Source: Candidatus Uhrbacteria bacterium (lineage in GTDB: Bacteria; Patescibacteriota; Patescibacteriia; UBA9934). From it: a stretch of 64,000 bases of DNA. The stretch is taken from assembly GCA_018673485.1 (NCBI GenBank), contig JABHCP010000002.1, positions 1,502-65,501 of the forward strand, read 5' to 3'. A model generated the notes under the pieces. The model was not told the origin of the DNA and did not search any database. It worked only from the letters and a program-made list of their open reading frames with translations. Position numbers and translations under genes: made by a program. This document shows positions 55,918 to 64,000 of this stretch, one piece after another. Every line of letters starts with the position of its first letter. The stretch's first letter is position 1.

Positions 55918-56910
55918 ATGAATATTTCATTAGAATTTTTATTGATTGCTGTTGGTTTAGCTGCTTTGGTTTTTGGATCATGGTATTACCAACAAAGGCA
56001 TAAGAAGACGAGCTCAGGGGACGCGCCGCTTTATGTTAAAGACATACTTGCAAAAGCACGCGCTGGAAAGTTGGACCCATTTTTAGGAAGGGAAGATGAG
56101 ATTGAGCGCACAATGCATATTGTGCTTAGAAGGATGAAAAATAATCCGTTGCTCATTGGCCAGCCTGGAGTTGGTAAGACTGCGATTGTGGAAGGTCTTG
56201 CAAATAAGATGGCAGATGGTAGTGCGCCGCAGGGCATTCTTGGCAAGGCATTGCTCGAGCTGGACTTTGTGGGATTGATGTCCGAGACTAAGTATCGTGG
56301 CGAGATGGAAAAACGACTGCGATCTCTAATGAAATATCTGGAGTCATTCAACGGGAACGTTATTTTGTTTATTGACGAGATTCACTTGTTAGAAGAGATA
56401 GGTAGTTCCGAGGGGGCACTTAGTATTACTGATGTGTTGAAGCCAGCTTTGGCCCGTGGAGAGATTCAGGTTATAGGAGCTACAACATGGTCTGAATATG
56501 AGAAGTATATAAAGCCAGATCAGGCACTAGACCGAAGATTGCAGCCCGTGTTAGTTGATGAGCCTTCGTCTGATCAGGCGTTGGAGATCTTGCAAGGACT
56601 TCGCAGTGTTTATGAGGAGTTTCACAATGTTGTAATTAGTGACGCTGCGTTAAAAGCGGCGGTTGAACTGTCTGACAAGAAGATAGAGGAGCGTTATTTG
56701 CCAGATAAGGCGATTGATTTGATCGATGAGGCGTCGGCAAAGGTTTCAATCGAGGCCTCCAGAGCACACAAGGTTCCATTGGGAGTCGTGCACGCAGCGT
56801 CCCATGGCGACAAGGCAAAAGTGGGAGTGAAAGACATTGAAAGCGTTGTTGATCAGTGGGTAATTCATTCAAAGGAAGACAAAAAACGCGATGCCCGTCA
56901 GGACGATTAA
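55918..56910 (+). CDS. membrane-anchored AAA+ ATPase consisting only of a Clp/Hsp100 D1 module
   Basis: N-terminal TM helix then ClpB/ClpC D1 with Walker A LIGQPGVGKTAIVEGLA, ILFIDEIH, and LPDKAIDLIDEA; no N-domain, middle domain or D2. Confidence 0.7.
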   Translation: MNISLEFLLIAVGLAALVFGSWYYQQRHKKTSSGDAPLYVKDILAKARAGKLDPFLGREDEIERTMHIVLRRMKNNPLLIGQPGVGKTAIVEGLANKMADGSAPQGILGKALLELDFVGLMSETKYRGEMEKRLRSLMKYLESFNGNVILFIDEIHLLEEIGSSEGALSITDVLKPALARGEIQVIGATTWSEYEKYIKPDQALDRRLQPVLVDEPSSDQALEILQGLRSVYEEFHNVVISDAALKAAVELSDKKIEERYLPDKAIDLIDEASAKVSIEASRAHKVPLGVVHAASHGDKAKVGVKDIESVVDQWVIHSKEDKKRDARQDD

Positions 56911-56924
56911 AAAGAACTTCTAAC

Positions 56925-56959
56925 AAAAAACCGCCATTCATACGAAAGGCGGTTTTTTG
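56925..56959. terminator. conserved terminator hairpin (copy 2 of 3)
   Basis: aaaaaaccgccattcatacgaaaggcggtttttt. Confidence 0.65.
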
Positions 56960-56964
56960 ATTCT

Positions 56965-57666
56965 TTAGTAAGTGATTGTATTTCCGACAATTGGCAGGCT
57001 TCTTATTCCACGAGCTCCACGCATGATACCTCTGTCATCTGACCAAGAGACTGCTGAGGCTATGCTTGGAATGGATACCATTATTGAGTCATCGGAGACA
57101 GCGCTCGCTGCATATGTATCTATGTATAAGCTGAAGGTCTGAGCTGCTCCACCGTTTGGAAGGCGAATCATGCTAGGGAAGGTAGCTCGTGCGAAGGCTA
57201 CGGTCTCAGAGCCAACGCATGGTAAGAGCTCGTCATTAAAGAATTGCCAAGCTCCTGATGCGTCAACGCGATTTCCTCCAGTGTCATAGATTGCCCATTC
57301 TGATGTGCTGCCTAATTGATCACAGGTGTTCCATAGCGATCCAGCGTTGTCTGTTGTATTTATCTCAAACAGAGTTTCGCCTACTTCAATGTTCACGCGC
57401 TGTGGGGCAACGGAATACCTTAGTACCTCGCTGTGTCCTGGGACGCTAACTCCACTCGGTGAGCTAGCTGCAAGCGCGAAAATTGGAACCATGCGGCCTA
57501 AAATGAGCATGAAGCCGGCAGCGGCAATAGCTCCTGCGACTACAGCGACGGCAACTGCCACCGCGACTTTTGTTCGCGTCTTTGTCTTTGTGATTGTCAT
57601 TGTCATAGTAAAGATATTTATTAATGAATACATTATAGCATCACTATGTTGGCGATGTATATTCAT
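56965..57666 (-). CDS. hypothetical exported protein with (AV)n-rich TM anchor
   Basis: KVAVAVAVAVVAGAIAAAGFMLILG anchor; likely start MTMTITKTK. Confidence 0.5.
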   Translation of the reverse strand: MNIHRQHSDAIMYSLINIFTMTMTITKTKTRTKVAVAVAVAVVAGAIAAAGFMLILGRMVPIFALAASSPSGVSVPGHSEVLRYSVAPQRVNIEVGETLFEINTTDNAGSLWNTCDQLGSTSEWAIYDTGGNRVDASGAWQFFNDELLPCVGSETVAFARATFPSMIRLPNGGAAQTFSLYIDTYAASAVSDDSIMVSIPSIASAVSWSDDRGIMRGARGIRSLPIVGNTITY

Positions 57667-57669
57667 TGC

Positions 57670-57702
57670 AAAAAACCGCCTTTCATACGATTGGCGGTTT
57701 TT
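57670..57702. terminator. conserved terminator hairpin (copy 3 of 3)
   Basis: aaaaaaccgcctttcatacgattggcggttttt. Confidence 0.65.
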
Positions 57703-59143
57703 ATATTTGAGTTTTTATATATTCCTGTGCTTGGGGTCTAGTTTGAATTTTGTTTACTAGTTGCAGGTCGCGAACTTTGTCGAGTAAGTCGCGGAAGTGT
57801 ATTCCGGGTTCAAGTCCGAGTTCGATTAGATCTTTTCCAGAGACAAGTTTTGGATAGCACTGCGAGCAGTAGTGGTCGTATAGTCGCTTTGCGTTGTGGA
57901 TCCTCTCTGATGTCGCTGAGTGTGCACCTTTAACTAGTTCGATTGCGTGGATGAAGGCTAATAGCTGCTGACCCTTTTGTGTGCAGAACATTTTTTCAAA
58001 AGCACTTGGGCGCATTCCGGCTGGATCTTCAGTTTCAAGAATGTGTCTGTTGTCCAAAAGCCATGCGACAACATCACAATCAATCCGTGCCCAGTGGTTT
58101 GTAGGGAATTGATGTAAATACAATTGTCGACATAGGTGAAGCGCGTGCTCGTGCTCGTCTGAAAATACACTTAGTGCGGCAATTAGAGCATTGGGGTGAA
58201 TCTTGTCGAGTTTGTGACGGGCTAAAAAGCTTGGTCGGTGCAACATGTGCAGTAGGTCTTTTGTTTTTTCAAAAGCATTACTGTTGTCGTCGAGCGTGAT
58301 TGTTTTCTGCTCATGCAACCAAGGTATGAAAAGTTCGATTGCGCCTGCTTCGTCCCAAAGGTTGAGCGTGTGAACGGGGTGGGATATAAATCCAAGCAAG
58401 AATTCCTTACCAATTGCATCACGTGGAATTACATATTTAAAAGTACCATCGTCAGTCACTACTTTGTTATTCAAGACGTCCAGGTTATTACAAATCGCTG
58501 ACCAAGTTTCTTGTTCAATTCCAAACCTGAGTTGAGACGCAAACCTGAGCCCTCGTAATATTCGAGTAGCATCCTCGTAGAAGCGAGCCTCAGGGGAGAG
58601 CACGGTCCTGATTAATTGGTGTCCTAAATCCTGCATTCCATTGTGTGGATCGATGAGTTCACGAGATTGAATATCAAACGCAATTGCATTAATTGTATAG
58701 TCGCGACGTGAAAGATCTTCTTTGATTGATAATCTAAAGTCGGTTTCAACTACCTGATCTTTGCGACCGCTTCGGTGTTCATCTGCAATCTGTTCAGTTC
58801 GAGGCAGAGCGATGTCGATTGGCTGCATGTCGCGACATCCGTGTGGAGTGAACTTGAATGTTCCAAATCGTTCTCCTACAAAACGCACTGCACCTTGGCG
58901 TGAGAGCCACCGCTCAATTGTTTTTGCAGGAACACCTCGCACAACAAGATCAACGTCTTCAGGACTAGATCCTAAAAGAACATCACGAACAGTTCCACCG
59001 ACTAAATAGATTTGTGCCTCAGGGTGATCGCTTAAAAACAAAGATGTCCACGTCAGGCGCGGTTCAGACTCAACAAAATTAGCAACGCGAAATTCAGGCG
59101 CTGCGGATTTATGAGCATAGTGAATAAGTAATCCTCCGATCAT
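57701..59143 (-). CDS. cca: CCA-adding tRNA nucleotidyltransferase (pol beta NT domain + HD-like C-terminal region)
   Basis: YLVGGTVRDVLLG ... DVDLVV head-domain motifs. Confidence 0.85.
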   Translation of the reverse strand: MIGGLLIHYAHKSAAPEFRVANFVESEPRLTWTSLFLSDHPEAQIYLVGGTVRDVLLGSSPEDVDLVVRGVPAKTIERWLSRQGAVRFVGERFGTFKFTPHGCRDMQPIDIALPRTEQIADEHRSGRKDQVVETDFRLSIKEDLSRRDYTINAIAFDIQSRELIDPHNGMQDLGHQLIRTVLSPEARFYEDATRILRGLRFASQLRFGIEQETWSAICNNLDVLNNKVVTDDGTFKYVIPRDAIGKEFLLGFISHPVHTLNLWDEAGAIELFIPWLHEQKTITLDDNSNAFEKTKDLLHMLHRPSFLARHKLDKIHPNALIAALSVFSDEHEHALHLCRQLYLHQFPTNHWARIDCDVVAWLLDNRHILETEDPAGMRPSAFEKMFCTQKGQQLLAFIHAIELVKGAHSATSERIHNAKRLYDHYCSQCYPKLVSGKDLIELGLEPGIHFRDLLDKVRDLQLVNKIQTRPQAQEYIKTQI

Positions 59144-59408
59144 GGAAATATTATATCAAAAGTATTCAGTATGCAGTAGGCAGTATACAGTTTTTGTCCC
59201 CCTCCTTTTTACCCTTCAATATAACTCAGGGTACCCTGAGCGAAGTCGAATGGGTAAGGAGGGGCCAGGGGTGGTTATAATATAGCTTCAATCTTTCGAG
59301 TTAAAAAGCAAACGACCCTGAACCGTAGTGATTCAGGGCGCGGCCGCACCCGACGAATTCGGGGGCGGTTGGAGATGTAGTCAAATTGGGATTACGGATT
59401 TGGCATGA

Positions 59409-59666
59409 CTAGTTCTGGTCATGTCGCACCATGTCCAGAAATTCATCAATTGTCAAATTGGTATTGATTTTATCGCTTTCAAAATCTAAGTCGTGTACTC
59501 TCTCCAATTCGAAAGTGATCTCTACAAAATGAAGGCTATCTATGCTCAGTGAGGCGAGTGATAGCGAGGTGTTGATCTTGGACCACTCGTCAGGATCCAG
59601 AAAGCCCCTGATCTTGAGAGATTGACAAACTTCACAAAAGATACGAAAGAGCTGCTTGCGATCCAT
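59409..59666 (-). CDS. small acidic acyl-carrier-protein-like protein (Ser present in IDSL)
   Basis: LSIDSLHFVEITFELERVHDLDFESDKI ... TIDEFLDMV matches ACP/DltC-type carrier fold. Confidence 0.5.
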   Translation of the reverse strand: MDRKQLFRIFCEVCQSLKIRGFLDPDEWSKINTSLSLASLSIDSLHFVEITFELERVHDLDFESDKINTNLTIDEFLDMVRHDQN

Positions 59667-59808
59667 ACTTCCTCCAGGAGTAGTTCATGTAAGTCGGATA
59701 TCGACTAACAAGTACACCCATGTTTTATATCCTATGCGTGGGTTTGTCAAAAGCATAGCGACCGTACCCGAGTGGTGGGAGCGGTATGAGAGGTTTAAGG
59801 CGTAGCTA

Positions 59809-60090
59809 CTAGTCCTTGGTGTGTTCTGGTGTCGTGGCAAGCTCTGCTATCACCTTATCGGCAAGCTCATCGAGAGTGTTCGCAGGTGTGACCTCAAGTC
59901 GAACCTCATAGTCGTGGTCGATCTCATCGAGTACTTCTTCGAGGTCGAGACGCAGATCGTCAGGGTCTTCATTGTCCATGATGTTGTCGAGCCTTTCGTT
60001 GGCTCGCAAGACCAGGTTGCCAGAGGTAAACCCGAGACTGGTGATCATGCCAGCGATCGCCCTGAGAACTTCTTCACGCGTATGTTTCAT
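59809..60090 (-). CDS. small acidic ACP-like protein lacking the conserved Ser
   Basis: DDLRLDLEEVLDEIDHDYEVRLEV ... LDELADKVIAEL; same promoter and terminator modules as neighbours. Confidence 0.5.
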   Translation of the reverse strand: MKHTREEVLRAIAGMITSLGFTSGNLVLRANERLDNIMDNEDPDDLRLDLEEVLDEIDHDYEVRLEVTPANTLDELADKVIAELATTPEHTKD

Positions 60091-60248
60091 GATTCCTCCG
60101 AGGTTTGATGTATGTCGGTCAGATTTTGACCTGCAGTCACGTCAAGGTTTTATCGCGATAATTAAAGTTTGTCAAAAAGCACAAACCCTGAACCATTACG
60201 ATTCAGGGCGCGACCGCACTTGGAGTACCAGGTGCGGCGTGAGACGGG

Positions 60249-60860
60249 TTATTGGAAGATGAGTCTGAACACTTCGTCAACGAGTTCGTTGATTGTGTTG
60301 CTTGGCGTGATGCCTTCAAGCGAAATTCCGAACCCTTCAGCAGTTTTATCGATTATTCCCTGGAATTTATCATCGGGAATTCCAATCTGTTGGAGCGTGC
60401 AATGCCTATCTTCCATCGTAAGAGTTCTATCGAGTAGGGTTACAAAATTGCATACTGCCAAGATGCTATCAGACACATGTACGCGTGTGATGCCTTCTTC
60501 AAGGAGTTCGGGGTCACTCTTGGATTGAGCTATAGATATGTCAGTCCATTGCCCGATAGCTTGCTCAGAGCTCAATTCAGGATCGCTGTCACCTTCGTTT
60601 TCGATTTCATCTGAATCTTTTGGCCTAGGGCTATAATCCAAGACCAGACCGACAAGTTGATTGAGCGTGAAATCGAGCGTTAGGCCTCTGATGCGCAGCT
60701 CAAAGTCATTATGAATGTATCTGGTAATAGCTTTCAAGGCATCTGTATCGATGCCAAGTTCTTCCAAAGTTCTATCCCCATCATGCGCTTCAATTGATTT
60801 GGTGGAATGAGTGATTTCAATGTGAAGCGCGATCTCCTCGAATAGATCTCCATGCGTCAT
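60249..60860 (-). CDS. tandem two-domain ACP-like acidic protein
   Basis: Two carrier-like repeats (LEELGIDTDALKAI ... and AEGFGISLEGITPSNTINELVDEV). Confidence 0.5.
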   Translation of the reverse strand: MTHGDLFEEIALHIEITHSTKSIEAHDGDRTLEELGIDTDALKAITRYIHNDFELRIRGLTLDFTLNQLVGLVLDYSPRPKDSDEIENEGDSDPELSSEQAIGQWTDISIAQSKSDPELLEEGITRVHVSDSILAVCNFVTLLDRTLTMEDRHCTLQQIGIPDDKFQGIIDKTAEGFGISLEGITPSNTINELVDEVFRLIFQ

Positions 60861-61042
60861 GATTCCTCCACGATGCTGTTGAGTGATTTGGAAGTCGAAC
60901 TATAAACACCCCCATGTTTTATCGCTTACGTGCGAGTTTGTCAAAATATTGACTATTACTAGGTGATATCGTAAGTTAATTGTGCTAGTCGGAAAAGTAC
61001 TTTTGCATTTCCGCAGAGCACAGAACTAGCTTGGGAGAAGAG

Positions 61043-61669
61043 ATGGATAACGAGCAAGAAGAAAGGTTTATTGAATTTTTGGAAGCTCTTGCGCGCCGTG
61101 TTGATGTCAACTTGTTGGATCCAAGAGTGCTTGAGATCGTAATGCTCGACCCTGAGCGTGTAGCTGTTCAGCTCATTGATTTCATCAATCGCGGTTGTTG
61201 GCGGGGCATCATCCGCAGACATACGGTCACAATCGGCCGGTATGGGGGTGCGCAGCGAGCGGAGTTGGAGTTGTCCCGAACGTGCGAAGTCACGTCATAC
61301 GCTCGTAGCATGATGGAGCTAATGGAGTTCGCGCAGGAAGAGCGCACTTTGCATATTCTCGAGGTATCGGTTGAGGCTCTTGGTTTTCCGTTGGGTATCA
61401 CACATCGTGAGTCTTGCAGGATGGCTCATAATCATGGGTGGCTTATGTGCCCGGCTGAGGCTGCTCTTGTCGTGCGAGCTCAGTGCCTAAATCAGTGCAC
61501 AGGCGTCAACATCTTTCCGGTTATGAACAAAATCCACTACCGCCAACAAGGTCACAGTGTGTTCCAGTTGCTGCATAAACGTGGTCATCGCCCCATGTTG
61601 CATGCCAATACTGCAAGGAGTCATGATCGAACTTTAGGCTCTGCTCGACTACTGTTCCTCGAGCCATAA
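61043..61669 (+). CDS. GC-enriched hypothetical protein
   Basis: RBS gggagaagag before ATG at 61043; about 54% GC; 11 bp perfect hairpin terminator at 61728-61752. Confidence 0.45.
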   Translation: MDNEQEERFIEFLEALARRVDVNLLDPRVLEIVMLDPERVAVQLIDFINRGCWRGIIRRHTVTIGRYGGAQRAELELSRTCEVTSYARSMMELMEFAQEERTLHILEVSVEALGFPLGITHRESCRMAHNHGWLMCPAEAALVVRAQCLNQCTGVNIFPVMNKIHYRQQGHSVFQLLHKRGHRPMLHANTARSHDRTLGSARLLFLEP

Positions 61670-61756
61670 TCAACTCACTTACTTGTTATTACGTACGCGC
61701 CGCCTCTAAGCGGTGCGTTGTGCCATTTAAAAAGTCCAACATCGGATGTTGGACTT

Positions 61757-62974
61757 TTATGCTGTGAGGCCTTTAATGGTTGTTCGTAAGTGTGTGATGA
61801 GTTGCTTTTCTGCTTTTACGATGTCTTTCTGGCGGATTTGAAGTTTGGATTCTTCGCGTGTTCCAGCAGCACGGAACGGAGCTCCGAGCATGAGGGCATC
61901 ATACGGGCGGCGGGCGTGCATTATGGACGCTGTGTATCCTTCGGGGTGCTCGTATAGTACGCAGGCGACTTGCGCCTCAGGTGCGCTCATCATTAGTTCT
62001 TCGATAATATTTTCGAGCGCTGATTCGTCCGATCCTGAGTTTGTGAAATCTTGTTTTGTAAGCAGCGTCCAAACAATGTTGTGTTGATTGTCTGATTTTA
62101 GTCGAGCCAGCGCTCGTCCCCAGAGGCGTAGAGTTTCAACTGATCGAGTCTTATAAAGTTTTTCAACAATCTCATCGCGTCGCGCTCCTTTGGTAATTAG
62201 GTCGCCGGCGATCTTTAGAGTTCTAGGTGAAACATTCTCTGTTCTAAAGCTTCGAGTCTTGTAGATCATTCCGGTTAAGAACAAGGTCGCGATTTCCTCA
62301 TCCACCAATCCTTCATCAATGCGCATGAAAGTGTCATAGCAAATCTCGGAACACGAGACAGCGCTCATGTCTACAAGATTCACCTGACCAAAATGTTCAT
62401 TAGCACTATTGTGATCAATGTTGATGATTGGAGTTTGGTGAAAGAAGTCACCGTAGTTTTCAAAAAGTGGACCAAAGGTCTCAAGCTCAGCCGCACCGAT
62501 TGAAATGATCAAATCATGCTTGTAACTGTGTGCATCGACTTTAACATCTTCCAAGTTCCAGTTTCCAGACTTTGGTAATAGATGAATATGAAGCTCTTCA
62601 CCCTCCATATTATATGAAAGCTCATCAACCTTGGCTTGCTTGGCATTAACTCGAAGAGTGAGCTTCCGAATATTTTGAATGTCACCCCGCACAGCTGAAG
62701 GGGCTTTAATAAAAGAAAGAGATTTCGGAATGTTGGCACCCGGGCTAACGATCTCCACGGGTTTGTCGAGTTTTTGCAGTAGTGCGCATACGCCAAAAGC
62801 GGATGCAAAATCATCCGCGTTTGCTCCATGGCTTAACAAAATTACCGGTCGTTTAGACCGCTCAAGCATGGTGAAAAATTGTTCGTGGCTGGTATAAGCC
62901 ATGCTATTTTTCAAATTTATTAATCTCTCCTCCGTCTGATTGCTATGACAAGCCGCTTTCCCAAATTGGGACAA
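61757..62974 (-). CDS. DHH-family phosphoesterase (NrnA/RecJ-like)
   Basis: DHH-type motif region IINIDHNSANEHFG and DHHA1-like C-terminus. Confidence 0.65.
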   Translation of the reverse strand: MSQFGKAACHSNQTEERLINLKNSMAYTSHEQFFTMLERSKRPVILLSHGANADDFASAFGVCALLQKLDKPVEIVSPGANIPKSLSFIKAPSAVRGDIQNIRKLTLRVNAKQAKVDELSYNMEGEELHIHLLPKSGNWNLEDVKVDAHSYKHDLIISIGAAELETFGPLFENYGDFFHQTPIINIDHNSANEHFGQVNLVDMSAVSCSEICYDTFMRIDEGLVDEEIATLFLTGMIYKTRSFRTENVSPRTLKIAGDLITKGARRDEIVEKLYKTRSVETLRLWGRALARLKSDNQHNIVWTLLTKQDFTNSGSDESALENIIEELMMSAPEAQVACVLYEHPEGYTASIMHARRPYDALMLGAPFRAAGTREESKLQIRQKDIVKAEKQLITHLRTTIKGLTA

Positions 62975-63068
62975 GAAAGGATATTACAACGGCCCTGAAA
63001 TGCTGTCAAGAGTTCTGACCCCAGTTTCATTGATTTAAGAGCATAATTCGGATAAACTAGGTTTACAT

Positions 63069-64000
63069 ATGACAGAAGAACTTTTACCAAAAGCCTACGA
63101 TTCGACGGCTGTTGAAGATAACATTTACTCAGCTTGGATGGAAAGCGGTTATTTTACGCCTGAAAACCTACCAAACTTGGACGATCGCAAGGAAAGCTAC
63201 TGCATCTCACTTCCACCACCAAACGTGACTGGAACCCTGCATACTGGCCATGCTGTGATGCTTGCCATCCAAGACGCAATGATTCGTTATGCTCGAATGA
63301 GCGGAAAGCGTACTCTTTGGGTTCCTGGAACGGACCATGCAGCGATTGCTACAAACTCGAAAGTGGAGAAGATCCTCATGAAGGAGGAGGGAAAGACTCG
63401 ACATGATTTAGGGCGAGAGAAATTCTTAGAACGAGTTCACGAGTTTGCAAATAAGAGTCATGACATAATTGTGAACCAGATGAAGAAGATGGGAGTTTCC
63501 ATCGACTGGACCCGTGAGGCTTATACAATTGACGAGCAGAGAAGTCTTGCTGTGCGCACTGCATTTAAGCGCATGTACGATGATGGGTTAATTTATCAAG
63601 GACACAGAGTTGTTAATTGGTGCCCTCGATGTCATTCAACATTGGCAGATGATGAAGTTGAGTATAGCGAGGAGAATGGAAAATTATATTGGATAAAGTA
63701 CGGTCCTTTTGTGTTGGCGACTGCACGACCCGAGACTAAGTTAGGGGACACCGCCGTTGCAGTTCATCCAAGCGATGAGCGATATAAAGATATGGTAGGG
63801 AAGCAGTATATGATTCCTGGTGTTTTGGGTGAGTTTGAAATTACCGTTGTTGCTGACAGATCAGTAGATCCTGAGTTTGGATCAGGAGCTGTAAAGGTGA
63901 CTCCTGCCCATAGCTTTACTGATAGTGAAACGGCACAGCGTCATGGAATTGGGATGAAGCAAATTATCGATGAAGATGGGCGCATGATGGACAATTGTGG
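63069..64000 (+). CDS. valS: valyl-tRNA synthetase, 5' part (continues past the window end)
   Basis: PPPNVTGTLHTGHA HIGH motif, class I editing synthetase N-terminus. Confidence 0.9.
   Translation, partial: MTEELLPKAYDSTAVEDNIYSAWMESGYFTPENLPNLDDRKESYCISLPPPNVTGTLHTGHAVMLAIQDAMIRYARMSGKRTLWVPGTDHAAIATNSKVEKILMKEEGKTRHDLGREKFLERVHEFANKSHDIIVNQMKKMGVSIDWTREAYTIDEQRSLAVRTAFKRMYDDGLIYQGHRVVNWCPRCHSTLADDEVEYSEENGKLYWIKYGPFVLATARPETKLGDTAVAVHPSDERYKDMVGKQYMIPGVLGEFEITVVADRSVDPEFGSGAVKVTPAHSFTDSETAQRHGIGMKQIIDEDGRMMDNC

Noticed and set aside
1-64000. CRISPR arrays, integrases, transposases, toxin-antitoxin pairs
   Set aside because: No regularly spaced direct repeats with unique spacers were seen, and no recombinase or transposase-like ORF. 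The repeats that are present are palindromic, hairpin-type intergenic elements.

Overview
This 64 kb window looks like a low-GC (about 42%) bacterial chromosome segment with a Candidate Phyla Radiation / Patescibacteria flavour. That call rests on three features: a transketolase split into N- and C-terminal genes, an RpiB-Rpe fusion, and lineage-specific N-terminal extensions on conserved proteins. The backbone carries housekeeping genes: ileS, a valS start, trpS, uvrA, ruvA, RNase J, a CCA-adding enzyme, three pseudouridine synthases, rplS, secG, cmk-like and arfB-like genes. It also carries pentose-phosphate genes, a PfkB kinase next to a class-I-aldolase-like gene, and a cell-envelope polysaccharide cluster (three GT4 glycosyltransferases, a polyprenyl-phosphate sugar transferase, DUF4012). 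I could support four tRNAs (Ala-TGC, Thr-TGT, Val-GAC and an unusual Ile-TAT) and an unlisted RNase P RNA on the minus strand at about 37755-38185.

Two things stand out. First, at least six short GC-rich islands (55-65% GC) sit in the low-GC backbone, each bounded by strong hairpins. One is a tandem array of three paralogous small ORFs (16.6-18.1 kb). One is a 1.3 kb non-coding, heavily structured segment (25.7-27.05 kb). One lies next to rnpB and is bracketed by inverted-repeat elements. Second, the intergenic space is filled with a mosaic family of roughly 100 bp hairpin/TIR repeat modules and recurring palindromes. A cassette array of small acidic ACP-like genes (59.4-60.9 kb) is notable because each copy has a near-identical promoter and twin-hairpin terminator.

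All calls are from reading the sequence; no searches were run.
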